Source of the DNA: Harriotta raleighana
Lineage: Eukaryota
Length of the DNA stretch: 64,000 nucleotides
Reading direction: 5' to 3'
Assembly: GCA_050575255.1 (NCBI GenBank)
Contig: JBNZDD010013692.1
Span: 3,535,379-3,599,378 of the forward strand
Positions 22,639-35,692 of this stretch are shown piece after piece. Each line of letters opens with the position of its first letter. Position 1 is the stretch's first letter. Under the pieces are notes generated by a model. It was not told the DNA's origin, ran no database searches, and saw only the letters and a program-made list of their open reading frames with translations. Position numbers and translations under genes: made by a program.

Positions 22639-24161
22639 ACAGGGGATACTTGACTTCTCTGCCGCCGAGAGGAAAAAAGGGTTTTGACAAGATACTCGCA
22701 AAAGTGCATCTGTTCCCAAGTGTTACAGGCAACACAGGGATCTGAACCTTTTATCCATTTCCCCCACTTCATTCAACAAAGAGCAAAGACATGCACATAA
22801 TTCCCCAAGTGGACAGCACTCTCCATTGATTAAATATCCATTTAGCAATCTCATTTTTCACTGGCTACCTGCATTAAACGAAAAGTGAGGAATTAATCAG
22901 GCACTATGTGAATGTAAATCATCCGTACAGAGGAGACTAAAAAATTAGCAAGGTGCTCGGTGTGAACAATCCTCTGTTTAAGCAGCATCCTTTGGAATTT
23001 ACAGCACGCAACCCTCCATTTAAATTTCAATGGGTACTGGTTTGGGAAATAAGGATGCTACTGCAACATTTGGTCCCCTCAAGCAGTTTAATTCTACATT
23101 AATACAGCAGAATGACTATCATGACATTTTCAGGGTATCAACATCCCATGGTAATTGTTTCTGACAATGGCTTTATTTTCTAGCTCTTGATTTTATAACT
23201 TTATAAGTGGATTTTGATCCCCGATGAAAAGAGGGAACCAGCAGCCCAGGGCACTGGGTCTTGCCTCTGCTTGGCCCCAGCGACTGTGGCAGGATGCAGC
23301 TTCATGTCCACATTTAAAACGGAATCGAATAAAATATTTAAAGAGGAAGAGCGTAGAACGGGAAGGGGGGCAAAGAGCAGAGAAATGGGATTAGTAACAT
23401 TTTGCACGCAATGGATTATATCCATCAAGGCACCACCAAGAAGTACTTGCCCCCGTTTCTTTTACAAAGCTAGCAAGAGACAAATATTCACTAGTTAAGT
23501 CCCTGTTCGATCGGTAGTTTGTGTTTTCAGTTTTATCTTAATTGAATATTTCCTGATTTATGCCATAATCCTCTCCCCACTAACCCAGTTGGAAAGGGCA
23601 TATTGCCAGAGCCCACTCCCTCCTCCCCAGACAGTCAAGCAAATGAGGCAGCGGGAAGAACAAGCTGAGGGTGTTTCCGGGGTAACTAGAAAACTCAGTA
23701 ACTCAGTGCCACCCAAAAGATCAGAAACTTCTAGACAGATCTTGTAATGCACTTGGCAACTGGTGGACAAACACTCTGCAGCTGCGAGAGTGCACAAGAG
23801 CCCTGGACATGACAAAGTGCCAACAATACCCAGCAGAATGGATACAAATGGTTTTTCCCAAAGTTTAAAAGCAAATTAAGAATACGAGTGTATTGAAATT
23901 CCCTTGAAGCAACATTTAATTTCATCTGGTCCCTCCTGACATGCATCTGTTTGAACTTCCTGAATCAGAAACTTGAGAACACTAGGTGGATGCTAGCAAG
24001 AAACAAATCTAGCAAGTACCAGCACACAGCTGCTAAACAGGGTATTGTACAGAGTGTTTTATAAAGTCCTGTTGCCCACAAATCACCACTCCCACCACCC
24101 CCCGTTTCTTTTACAATTCACTTTTTTCTGATGCAGATTAATACAATTAAGTGAGGGAAGA

Positions 24162-24402
24162 ATAATAATAACAATAATAATCCTTTCATTTGATATAGTG
24201 CTTTTCACATCTTATCAAAGCCTCAAAAGCGCTTCACAGAATATACTGTAAAGTGAATTGACTATATTTGTGGGCGAAATGCGGCAGCCAATTGAGCACA
24301 GCAGTGTCCCACAAACAGTTGTGGATTGAAATGACCAATTTTTATTACAGTGGTTGTTTTTTTGACGGATTATTATTAGGCACGTGGAGGTAACAGGACT
24401 CT
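24162..24402 (-). mobile_element. SINE family A, internally deleted
   Basis: (AAT)n tail, GCGCTTCACAGAATATACTGTAAAGTGAATTGAC, GCGGCAGCCAATTG, head remnant ACAGGACTC. Confidence 0.9.
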
Positions 24403-24879
24403 GTGCACACCCTGTTTGTACTTATTGCTCTGGGCAAGCACAGTTCAGCCAATGGTTACGATCACAGCTGGCCTCCCTTATCACATCTATTTTCTTTAGA
24501 GGCTCATGATTTTTCAATAAACAGAGGGTCGGATACAATCTAAATAAATAAATGCAGCTCAGAAATGCCCGGAATCAATCTGATTCCTCCAACGGCAGTT
24601 TTTTGTGAAAATACCTGGTTTGAAGAGTTAAGAAGAATGCTAAATCAGGAATATAAAGCATTTTTATGCTTTGGATTGGATCATTAAATCATTTGTTTTT
24701 ATCACCTTCTGCCTTCTTTTCTATTATCTGTAAACATAAGCTTGAAATTCCACCTGGTCTTAGTCTGCAGTCTTCAAGTTTAAGGTCACTGTGGAAAATA
24801 CTTAAATTCAGTTTGAAAGTTAGTTTACCACAGTTCTTGAAATGAACCATCTTTCAAACTTCAAAATTTAAGACAAAAT

Positions 24880-25066
24880 CATAATAATCCTTGTATTTGG
24901 TACAATGCCTTATCATGCTGACATGTCCCAAAGTATTTCACAAGAGATATATCGTAAAGTGGAATAACTGTTATTTTGTGGGCGAAACGCAGTAGTCAGT
25001 TTGCACACAGCAATAACCCACAAACAACCATAGAGAGAACGACCAATTTTATTTGGGGGGATTGTT
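24880..25066 (-). mobile_element. DeuSINE/family A 3' half
   Basis: ATAATAATCCTTGTATTTGG...GTGGGCGAAACGCAG...CCCACAAACAACC. Confidence 0.75.
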
Positions 25067-26360
25067 TGCTGGATTTACAAGAAAACTAACACTTGGTAGA
25101 ATTTCAAGCACACAGTGGCTAAGCTCTTGCCTTCAGCACCAAAAAAAGTGTTGTCTTAGTGAAGTTGGAAGCAAACCCCAAACCCATTGTTCATCCCTAC
25201 CAAGAGCACAGCAGCACTGAGGAACAGCAGTAGCCAAAACACAACATGAAACATTATTAACAGCACAGACTTTACATAAGATTGTACAGAATCTGAACTT
25301 CGTATTTCTAAGCCAAATATAAAACAGTACACGGGTCCTTTGAGAGATTTAAATTGGATCTGCGGACACTAAATATGTATTCATTAGCTACTATATTATT
25401 GTCTTAGCTTTCACCAAATCCCCAAATTGCAAAGAGCACAGGCTTTTTGGTTGTCATTTCTATTTTGCAGCATTTTCCTATAGATATGATTTCCCACGGG
25501 AAACCTTTTTATGTGCCTGCAAAAATTTGTCAAATGGATGCTCGAATCGGTGACAAATACCCACTGGCCAGGGCATCAGATAATGTTTAATTTGTGTGAG
25601 AGATAGATGTAGCAAACCCCGATTCCAAAATATTACAATAGAAGTGTCCAAAGGGATATATCCATTGTGATTGCAGAGCTGAAACCAATTAAAAGAGGGG
25701 ACAGTAAATGCATTACCATCTACGTTTGTACTGTAAATAAAACCTAAAGCAGTTTAAAGTCTGAAGGATTTGATTTTATCTGAGTGACATAAATGGGCAA
25801 GAGGATTGTATGGGGTGGTATCTGTAGAACTCAATATGAAGAGGCATTTCTCCCCATATTTCAATGTATTTCAATAGGGGGGAGTTCCAGAGGGTGTGGG
25901 CAGCCTACCAATGATGGGTTTAAAATCAAGTGGTTGAAGCACTTTAAGATGCTATCCCAACATGATATGAATATATTACAAGAATGTAGATTTCTGTTTC
26001 CCATACTCAGTGGGTCTCAGTTTTCATACAAGATACTCAGTAACAACTAAACAAAAGACTGTTAAAAGTAATAATGGTTAACTTTAATATTTATTCCCCA
26101 TCCCCACCATCACATCACTCCTCGTTTATTTCCAATGATTTTCTGAAAAAGTGCAGTTCCAAGTAGTGAGAGGTGAAAACATTAACTGGAAATTGGCTGG
26201 GAGGAGTTGCCGTGTCTGGCAGTGTGAAGGAAGTGAATTAACATGAACAGGTAAAGTCGTTAAACCCAGACTGATTCAGTAATTGAATCACTTCAACTGT
26301 GCATGTTAATTCAGCTCGAACCATCAAAGATTCTCTCTAAACTGATACACAAATGCTTCA

Positions 26361-26560
26361 AACAAAAACAGAAATCGTTGGGAATACTTAGCAAGCGAGA
26401 AGCTCTCCCTCCTAACTTGCCCCAGTTCTGCCGAAGGCGCGTGGACCCAAAATGTTGACTCACTTTCCTTTCTCCATAGATGCTGCCTGACCTACTGAGT
26501 GTTCCCAGTGATTTCTGTTTTTGCTTCAGACTTCCAGCTGCAGTATTTTGCATTTTGTTT
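26361..26560 (+). mobile_element. Penelope-like element fragment with inverted 5' segment and 12 bp TSD
   Basis: ACAAATGCTTCA directly repeated at 26349-26360 and 26561-26572. 26361-26396 is the reverse complement of ~26489-26524. Body TCTCCATAGATGCTGCCTGACCTACTGAG...CAGACTTCCAGCTGCAGTATTTTGC resembles the shark Penelope pLTR repeat as I recall it. Confidence 0.75.
26423..26461 (+). ncRNA. Decayed minimal type I hammerhead ribozyme motif
   Basis: CAGTT-CTGCCGA-A-GGCGC-GTG-GACCC-AAAA-TG-TTG-ACTC maps onto CUGANGA / stem II / GAAA / short stem III / cleavage triplet, with mutations in both core boxes. Confidence 0.5.
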
Positions 26561-27081
26561 ACAAATGCTTCATGCCTCTTACTCCAAAAGCCACACCCAA
26601 GACATTGTTGTTGCCCATTAACATCCTATTTGTATCAACTAACTTAAAATACCAATCAATAGGAAAGTTAAAATAGAACATTTAACGCAAAATTTTTTTT
26701 TTTTACAAAATCTTTTCATTACTCATTTACAATATGATACAAGCAGCAGCAATAATGGGGGCAGTTTCTGCACTTACATAAAAAAGAGGAACCTCAATCA
26801 GATATCTATTATATTATTTCATCAGATGGTCAACATTGAATCAAATGGCAATATTAGGCTTAACTTCAAATTAAACAAATAACAAGAAAGAAGCATGCAG
26901 ATGGCTATATCACAGCACAGACTATAAGTCTCCAGCATGCTTTTCTTTCCAAAAGTTACATTCTAAGGGATTTTGTTTTCAGCCCAACAGGATATACAGA
27001 TAATTACTTAAATCCCATACACTTGGCAGAGTTGCTGCGCTATATCTGTGCTGTATCTACAAAAAGGCTGGTGAAAATATC

Positions 27082-27352
27082 AATAAGTAATAATAATAAG
27101 CCTTGAGTTTTCTGTAGCAACCTTTACAATGGGAGGATGTCTCGAAGTACTTCACAGAAAATACTGTAAGGATTAGTGACCATGTGTTGGGGACAAACAA
27201 TAAAGAATTTTAAAAAGAGAGGGTGAGCTAAGAGTTACTCAGCTAAGAATATTTTGTGGTCAGTGAAGTTTGCTGCATTTCATAATAATAATCCTTACAT
27301 TTGATAAAGCCTTTCATGTCAGGAGAACGTCTGAAAAAACTTGACAAGAATA
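27082..27352 (-). mobile_element. Two SINE/L2-type 3' tails (27082-27170, 27282-27352)
   Basis: (AAT)n followed by CCTTGAG.../CCTTACATTTGATAAAGCCTTTCATGTCAGGAGAACGTC. Confidence 0.6.
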
Positions 27353-28625
27353 TTTTTATTCCTGTTCATTTTTGAGCTTGATATACTAATTATCATATTA
27401 CACGCATTACGAAACACTTCAAATTCATCCTTACATTGCAATAAAACGTAAAATCCAAACTGCAGTTTTCCTTCAAACAATTGAATCTCCCTCTCTATCC
27501 CTTGGGTCTATAATGTGTTTGTAATACCATTGATACTTTATATAAGTGCAGCATTTCAACAATTATGTTGCTTGTGTGGGTGGGTGTCCATCTCAAGACT
27601 AATATTTCTCCACATCAAGAGCAGCCAAGTGTACTGTAACGAATCCAAGAATCTCTTCACAATGGTTTCAAAAACAGCTTATAAGCTTCATTGTATTTGT
27701 CACACAAACTGTCTACATTCGTTGAGATAGAATTCATCTGAAACGCACAGAAATGACTCTGCAGTTGCAAAGAAGGGTTTTCCTTGGTCACTCACTAAAC
27801 GTTCAGAGAATCTTCTCAACATAGCATGTTCCAGCGGGCAGATCTGTGAGCTATCATTCAAAAAATAGTTCCACATTGATCTTATTAAAATCTTCTAGAT
27901 TTTAAAAGCAGTTAGACAAACTGAACTCCCAATGCCTCCAGTATGATCAAGAGGGTCATAATAAGGGGTCCTGGTGTCAAAGAATAGGTGGTTGACATCT
28001 CAGTAAATAACTTCAGTAAGTGGGTGGTTAACATGTAGAACAGTTTTCCTGGAATGATAGAACTGTATCTGTTTTCATCTGGAACAGTGTGGGCAGCTCT
28101 GAGGTTTGTTAGGAACGCCTCCTGTGGTGTTTTGGGAGTGAGAGGCATGATGCATCTGCATTTGGAGTTCAGAGGAAAGAGAGACAGACAAAGGCCAATA
28201 AATAGTGTGGGCAGTTTCAAGGGAAAATTACGATAGGGATTCGAGATTGGGATAGATGATATTTGAAAATGAGATCAGCCAGAAGCTCTTTACCTCTCTC
28301 TCACATTGATACATACTCACCCAGGCAGCAATGGTAATGTGTGGCCTATTACAAGGTGCTATACATTCAGAATGTTCCCTCATTAACCCTTGCAATACAA
28401 GTCATTATTGATTCCTCCCCCCCTCACAACACATATATTTCTGACGAAATGTCCCATTTTCTAGCTCTTTCTATCTGGAGATCTGAGAAGTGTTGTGAAT
28501 TTGGGGGCTGTTAAGATTCTCAAGGTTAAGGAGGCAATACTGCAACTGAGGTGTGAAATTTCATCTTCAAATTAAAAATGGTGTAGAATTGTGGAAATGT
28601 TAATTTGGAAACCAGTTTTCCATTG

Positions 28626-28666
<41 letters not shown>

Positions 28667-28760
28667 CATTTATATAGGTCCTTTCACATCGGGAGGACGT
28701 CCCAAGGCGAGTAGGGATCAGAGCGGGGGGGTGGGGGAGAAGGGTCGGGGGAAGGAAAGT
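28626..28760 (-). mobile_element. L2 3' terminus with (TTGA)n tail
   Basis: (TCAA)n followed by ACATTTATATAGGTCCTTTCACATCGGGAGGACGTCCCAAGGCG. Confidence 0.75.
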
Positions 28761-30949
28761 AGGAAAAATTGACTATATATTTGTGAGCGAATTTGTCCTA
28801 TCAAAGTAAGACTCAATTTAAGAATTTTCTGTGTAATCATAAAATGTTTTCATCACCTAATTATGACTGGTGGAATCTCAGGCCTCGGGTAAGCTAAGCT
28901 AGTGGTATTTAAATAACTTCAAAGATATGCTCCAAATTGCAACTATCCTCTCAGGTACACACTGATGTGATATGCACCTGCAACTAAGTAAAGGCTATAA
29001 ATAAATAGAACCTGAGAATTTTAAAAGGTTAATGCTAAGTTTGCACTCTCTTACACTTTCTGTGATTAAAACTATTGGACTTTTGAAAGATGTACATCTG
29101 TCTAAAAGCATCTGTTTCTAGATGCACAGATCAAACACATTTTTCCTATGAGACAAGTAAGAATGATATACATTGTTGATCGCTAAACAGCTTCAAAAGC
29201 TAGTCTCTAGCTTTCAAACCACAATGCACGTTCACAACTCGACTGGCAAGACTGGCGTTAAGATCCCATTCATTCTCAAAGGTCACGCTGCATTGAGAGG
29301 TCCTTTTGTGATGGCCAAGAAACTGTGGACTGCACCCTTGTTCCAGTCCCCAGATCTGCATGTGTAGGACTGTGAGAAGTCACGCAGTACTATCAGCTAT
29401 GTGAGTTGCTTCCTACAAAACACTTCAGCAAAAATTCCCCCCTTTTCTTTTTAATGGGTATCTGCCCCCACCCCTCATTTGCCAGCCGCTTCCCCCAGCT
29501 GAAAAAAACCTGAGGGCAGATGCTGTCACAGCTGTAAGGAAGCTAGGAAAAGAAGGTCATTTCTCAGAGATCAGCACTGTTTGTTCAGTGCAGTTAAGAC
29601 AGGAGAAAATTCCCTGAGTAATAAAACGAGAGAATAGAGCACTCATATTCACAAGAGGCCTCTGTTTCTTTATCTCAGGATCTCAGAAAGCAGCTGAATT
29701 CCCAGCTCCCACCTTTCGCTGAGAGCAGCAAACAGCTACAGCAGAGGAGACACTCACTTCACAGCAACAAACTGCACCTGACAAGCAGCCAGGACGAAGC
29801 ACAGCCTTTTCCTACCCTTAACAAACAACGCGGCTGTCTTGACACAAAAAAATAATGAAACACCTACTGCAGTAAAGATGATATTACCTCAACCCACAAA
29901 AAACGTGGGCAGGTGGAGGTAGGGGGGCCTTTTTCCTACTGCCAATATATTCCTGCCAATGTACTCCCACAATAACTTGCTTTGCTCCTCGCCCTCCTTT
30001 AAGAGGAAACAATTTATTACATTAGGTCTTTCAACATGTGGCAGTGCAGAAAAGCCTTCCACTTTGGAAGGAAAACTGTAATAAGAATCAAGGCGTGAAT
30101 TAAACCTTGTTTCCATGATAGGAGAACCTGATGGACTTTATCCCTTCACAAGAGATTTTCATAACAACTTGCTGCAGCCAGAAATACTGCGCCTCTTTCT
30201 CCCCAGTTACTATTCTTCCCAGATTATTATTCTCGATAGATTTTATCTGCTTTAGGTTTCAAAACGAACTTGGCACATGTTCCCATTCCAATCATTCAAA
30301 GCATTTTGGATTCTGAAAACCTTGAGGCTTACCACAAGTAGTGGCTGATTTGTGGGAATGGGGTGGGGTTGATGTTTTATAGACATTTTGACAATCAATC
30401 AATCAGAACAGAAAATCAGGGGTGCAGTCCAGCCAGCGAAAATCCAGCAAGTAAGAATCCTACTTGGATTCTGTTGCTCATTAACTTGCCACGTCAGCTT
30501 TTACTGCAACACTTTTTTGTGGGGAGCTGGCTGGGTGTCAAGACACTTGTACAAATGCACCAACATGCTAGAGTGTCTGAACCAGACTGAGCTTTCCACA
30601 TATGCATTCTGTCTGCCAAGGCTGACATCAAATGGGTCTAAGTCCCTTCTTCATCCAAACTTCTCCGGTGAACTGGGAGAAATCCCGCTCGTCTACAAAA
30701 GCTACTCTCAAAAAGGTTTCAAAGGACAGTTGGCAAGAGAGACATCAGAAATTGTAATCATCAGCAATCATCTTATTAACTCCCATGAATACAGAGCCAA
30801 TGCTTTGCAGCTGAATTTGACACCGAGCCATCAGTGGATGATTCTAAAAGACAGTGATCTGGATGAAACAACTGCATAAGGTCATGTCTCGAGTCCTGCC
30901 ATCTTGTTCTGATAAGATTTGGTAAGAGGGTGAGGAGACGTCAGCAATG

Positions 30950-31478
30950 ATAACGTAATCAAAACATTCTATGAATCAAAAAGATTTGATAAGGTGGATG
31001 TTGACAGGTTGCTTCCACTTGTTGGTTAGTTGAAAACCAGAGGGTGTTAATTATATACAATGAACTCCTGATAACTTGATCCTGGTTTACTTAACCCATC
31101 ACTGCCATTTAAGTCATCATGTTGTCAATATCTCAGCTATTTTTATTTAAGTATTTACACGTTTGCCTAATTCACCATAATTTGTCACCAATTCCTTTTC
31201 CCGAGTTATCTGAAGTTTGCTGTTTAGATAGCCAGTAGCAGATCTAACAGGGAGTTTTGGAGGAACTTCTTTGACGGTGGTGAGAATGTGGAACCTACTT
31301 CCGGAAGCTGTAGTTGAAGCAAAAAGCTTTATTGTATTTAAGGACCTGCGATACATGCATGGGGGAAGAGAGGTTTGGGCGAGGCAATAGAAGGAGTGGC
31401 AGCTCCCATGGAGTATAATTTGCCATGGACGAGTTGGGCTGAAAGGTCTGTTTTTGTTCTGTATCATTCTGTGTAATT
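30950..31478 (+). mobile_element. CR1 LINE 3' end, interrupted
   Basis: GATTTGATAAGGTGGATG...AACCAGAGGG (FDKVD...TRG), AGGAACTTCTTT...GGTGGTGAGAATGTGGAACCTACTTCC, 3' UTR GAGTTGGGCTGAAAGGTCTG. Confidence 0.75.
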
Positions 31479-31838
31479 TCTCCTGACATGAAAGGTGCTA
31501 TACAAGTATAATTTTGTTGTTGTTGTAATTCAAAGAATTGTGGCTTAACTAGCCATAAAGTAGGAGAATCCCCCGCACAGTGGCACTGAATTCTTATTCT
31601 AACCTTAGTAGATATTCTGCTTTCATTGTTCAAAACTTTGAGCAGCAACATTATACTATCTCATGGGGAGAGGGTCAGAAAGAAATATTTTTATCATGTA
31701 ATATCAATACAGTTTCCAGATAATTACTGTATTGTCAAGTGTAGTGACCACTTTTGTGGGCAAATGTGGCAAACACTTTGTGAGACTGTGTGACCATTTG
31801 ATCTGGAGAACTATCAGAAACTGTTTGACCTTCCAGAC

Positions 31839-31900
31839 AGCAACAACAACAAAATTACATTTATAGAGCATTATTCATGTCGGGAGGATGTCCCAAGACA
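31839..31900 (-). mobile_element. L2 3' terminus
   Basis: (CAA)n AATTACATTTATAGAGC...CGGGAGGATGTCCCAAG. Confidence 0.7.
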
Positions 31901-32007
31901 AGAGACATTCATCTCTTGTCATCCAGTATGCTGCAGAGGCAATCTTGGTTGTAATTTTCATTCAGCTGTACCAGGAAGCATTAATAAGGAAGATGAAGTC
32001 ATCAGGT

Positions 32008-32170
32008 AATATTGGGCAAACACTTAATGGCTCTTTGTGAGACATTGTTCTGAGCAAATTGGCTGCCATGCTTGCCTAAAATAGTAGCTATGCCGTAAAA
32101 TGCTTTTGAGTTTTCTCGATTGTCTTCGAGATGTGCTACGGCATTGTATCAAATGCAGGGATTATTATTA
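32008..32170 (+). mobile_element. DeuSINE/family A 3' fragment
   Basis: GCAAATTGGCTGCCATG...TATCAAATGCAGGGATTATTATT. Confidence 0.65.
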
Positions 32171-32437
32171 AATAGAAATATCAGATAATTCGCATACGAC
32201 TACATTTTGCTTGACATTCAGTGTTCAAGCAAAGGAAATGAGACAAATGCGTTTGAATGGTATATGAAAACAAATCTCACCTGTTATCCAATATAACCTA
32301 TTTAGGATTACAAAGAGATACTTTCTGTTCAGCTGAAATTTTTATGCACCCATGTGCATCATGTTTCTGCAGTGAACAGCTCTTTCAGACAAGTCTGCTC
32401 CGAGCCATCAATACAGAGATCTGCAACTGAATATGTA

Positions 32438-34800
32438 AGCAGCAAGTGTCCGCTGTTATAATGCTAACACGTCAGTGTATCCGTTTGTTTCCTTCACTTA
32501 TATTTAAATGTACAATCACATCGCACTGCTTAACAGGTTTCTCACTCTAATGCACAGCAAGTTTGCCACCTTGAAAAACATTCCACGGTGTATTTTAAGG
32601 GCCTACAAAACAAACTGTTGCCAGGAGGGATTTTCTTTAATTGGATCATCCACGTTAAGCACCGAAACTAGGACATGGATGTGGTTTCTGCCCAGATTTT
32701 ATAGGTCAGCAGCAGCATTCCTGACACAGTCACCTCGCTTTGTAACAATCCACGTCTTTTGATCCCGTCAGTCAAGTCTTCAGATCTGTGTGGGAGGGTG
32801 CTGATACTAAGATGCCCTGATGAGTTTGCAAAATCTCCCACTGATCTTGGCAAACAACCAAGTTGCCTTTCATTTGAAGACTTTTTTTAATCAATGCATC
32901 AAACATTGAGGGCAATTCTTTCTCAAAAAGACCCATGAACAACAATAACACTTTATGAAAGTTGCCTCCAAGGCGCTTTGAGTAGATAATACAGGTGATA
33001 TACCCTACATTTAATTCACACATCCATTTTCCCCTCTCTCCATTTTCTTCTTGCTGTGTCGGGCCTCGTCTATTTGCCACGATTGACATGGTCTACGCTC
33101 CCATCAGCACAAACACAATTTATTGATTCGCTCAGTGACTTCCCAAGGCAGCAGAATAAGAGGACATAGGTTTAGAGTTGCAAAGAGCAATTTTTAGGAG
33201 GTTTTTCTTAACCCAAAGTGTAATTAAAGATAGGAACAGGAAGGGTGCCAAGAATGTTGATTGAGACTAGGACACTGAATTTATCTTGAGCGGAAGACGG
33301 TAGGATGGGTATTGTGGAAGGATGATATCAAATAGGCTGGAGAACCTTCTTTATCTCAACCAATCTTGGAAACTTTAGTAGCTCGCTGCATTCCCGCACC
33401 TCCCACACTATGAGGGCCGAGAAAGCACTTAACCCTATCTAACTTTAGTTTTTCTTCCCTTCCCATCCAACTATAGACCTGAGCATCACCTATCAGAGAA
33501 GACTCTGGTCATGTTTGAGTCTGTCAGGAATGGCACTCACTCATAGCTGCCTTAGTCTAGGGCAGTGGTTCCCAACCTCGGATCCCGGCCCAAATCAGGG
33601 TCACGGGGGTCCTCGGAANAGCAGCAAGTGTCCGCTGTTATAATGCTAACACGTCAGTGTATCCGTTTGTTTCCTTCACTTATATTTAAATGTACAATCA
33701 CATCGCACTGCTTAACAGGTTTCTCACTCTAATGCACAGCAAGTTTGCCACCTTGAAAAACATTCCACGGTGTATTTTAAGGGCCTACAAAACAAACTGT
33801 TGCCAGGAGGGATTTTCTTTAATTGGATCATCCACGTTAAGCACCGAAACTAGGACATGGATGTGGTTTCTGCCCAGATTTTATAGGTCAGCAGCAGCAT
33901 TCCTGACACAGTCACCTCGCTTTGTAACAATCCACGTCTTTTGATCCCGTCAGTCAAGTCTTCAGATCTGTGTGGGAGGGTGCTGATACTAAGATGCCCT
34001 GATGAGTTTGCAAAATCTCCCACTGATCTTGGCAAACAACCAAGTTGCCTTTCATTTGAAGACTTTTTTTAATCAATGCATCAAACATTGAGGGCAATTC
34101 TTTCTCAAAAAGACCCATGAACAACAATAACACTTTATGAAAGTTGCCTCCAAGGCGCTTTGAGTAGATAATACAGGTGATATACCCTACATTTAATTCA
34201 CACATCCATTTTCCCCTCTCTCCATTTTCTTCTTGCTGTGTCGGGCCTCGTCTATTTGCCACGATTGACATGGTCTACGCTCCCATCAGCACAAACACAA
34301 TTTATTGATTCGCTCAGTGACTTCCCAAGGCAGCAGAATAAGAGGACATAGGTTTAGAGTTGCAAAGAGCAATTTTTAGGAGGTTTTTCTTAACCCAAAG
34401 TGTAATTAAAGATAGGAACAGGAAGGGTGCCAAGAATGTTGATTGAGACTAGGACACTGAATTTATCTTGAGCGGAAGACGGTAGGATGGGTATTGTGGA
34501 AGGATGATATCAAATAGGCTGGAGAACCTTCTTTATCTCAACCAATCTTGGAAACTTTAGTAGCTCGCTGCATTCCCGCACCTCCCACACTATGAGGGCC
34601 GAGAAAGCACTTAACCCTATCTAACTTTAGTTTTTCTTCCCTTCCCATCCAACTATAGACCTGAGCATCACCTATCAGAGAAGACTCTGGTCATGTTTGA
34701 GTCTGTCAGGAATGGCACTCACTCATAGCTGCCTTAGTCTAGGGCAGTGGTTCCCAACCTCGGATCCCGGCCCAAATCAGGGTCACGGGGGTCCTCGGAA
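32438..34800. repeat. 1181 bp assembly overlap duplication around single N (33619)
   Basis: 32438-33618 is repeated at 33620-34800. The ORF track shows identical translations offset by 1182. Confidence 0.9.
34332..34562 (+). mobile_element. CR1 LINE 3' fragment (artefactual copy at 33150-33380)
   Basis: AGAATAAGAGGACATAGGTTTAGA (RIRGHRFR) ...AGGAGGTTTTTCTTAACCCAAAGTG. Confidence 0.6.
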
Positions 34801-35000
34801 ATTTTTTCTTTCCTTTTTTTAATGTTGAAAATGCTTTTTTAACGCTAAACAAAGCTTTTACCGCTTAAAAAAAAAACTTTTAATGCTAAAAAAAAAGCGA
34901 CACCCACCGATCAATTTGTATAAAGAGCATACGTACGAGTTGCGCTGAGTCCACAAAACAGATGGAGATAAAGTCGCGATATTGCCCCCCTAGTGGTAAG
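34745..35000 (+). mobile_element. hAT (Charlie-type) transposon left end, truncated
   Basis: CAGTGGTTCCCAACCT terminus preceded by GTCTAGGG (close to the Charlie NTCTAGAN target), with subterminal GGGTCAC. No right TIR seen; right boundary is a guess. Confidence 0.55.
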
Positions 35001-35692
35001 AGTTACCTGTGCAGAATGTATTCTTAGGTGAGCAATTGTTGGCATTCAGTGCCAGTTCCCCAGCACAAGTCATACCTTGAGCAGAGAACAAAAGGGGAAG
35101 AGAAAAGAAAAAGCTAACACTGAGAAAGCAGTTCACTGTCTTCAAAGTGTCAGCTGTCAATTTAGTATGCGCTAGATATGCCCTATAACAATTTATGTCT
35201 TATTAAAAGGTCAGTTACTTCATTATGTATGTAAACTGCCCTATTGAATACTATATTTTTTACTTGATTTTTATTAAAGAAAAAAAACTAATGAAGGAAA
35301 CCAATCTAGTATGTGTGTGAGAGTGTGTGCGAGAAGGAGTGTACTGTGTGTCTGAGTGAGTGAGTGAGCAAGACAGAGAGAAAGAGTACATTGAGTGGAT
35401 TGTGCTCCTGCAAACTAATGAATAGTCTCTTTCAAAGGGCGGTTCCATCAAACAATATTTACATAAGTTTTCCAAAAAGCAAAGAACAATATTGATTCTC
35501 ACAGCATAATTTTCTCAACTTGTATTTTTGATCAGGTTTCACTCTTTTCATTGTCAGGCAAATCTTCCTTTCAATTGGGACTCACACTCTCTGATCAGGT
35601 AACAAGGATGAGGACATGGGAAGCTTGATACCCCTGCTTCACCAAGCGCATGTGGACATGCAAACAGTGGGATAAAACTTCGACCCTTCTAC

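Noticed and set aside
29679-29855. Plus-strand acceptor followed by a 58-codon Gln/Ser-rich frame
   Set aside because: No homology, no linked upstream exon, and within chance expectation
30388-30879. 163 aa ORF
   Set aside because: Non-ATG start, no domain resemblance, no splice support
32508-34271. Identical ORF pairs suggesting a recent gene duplication
   Set aside because: They result from the 1181 bp overlap around the N at 33619
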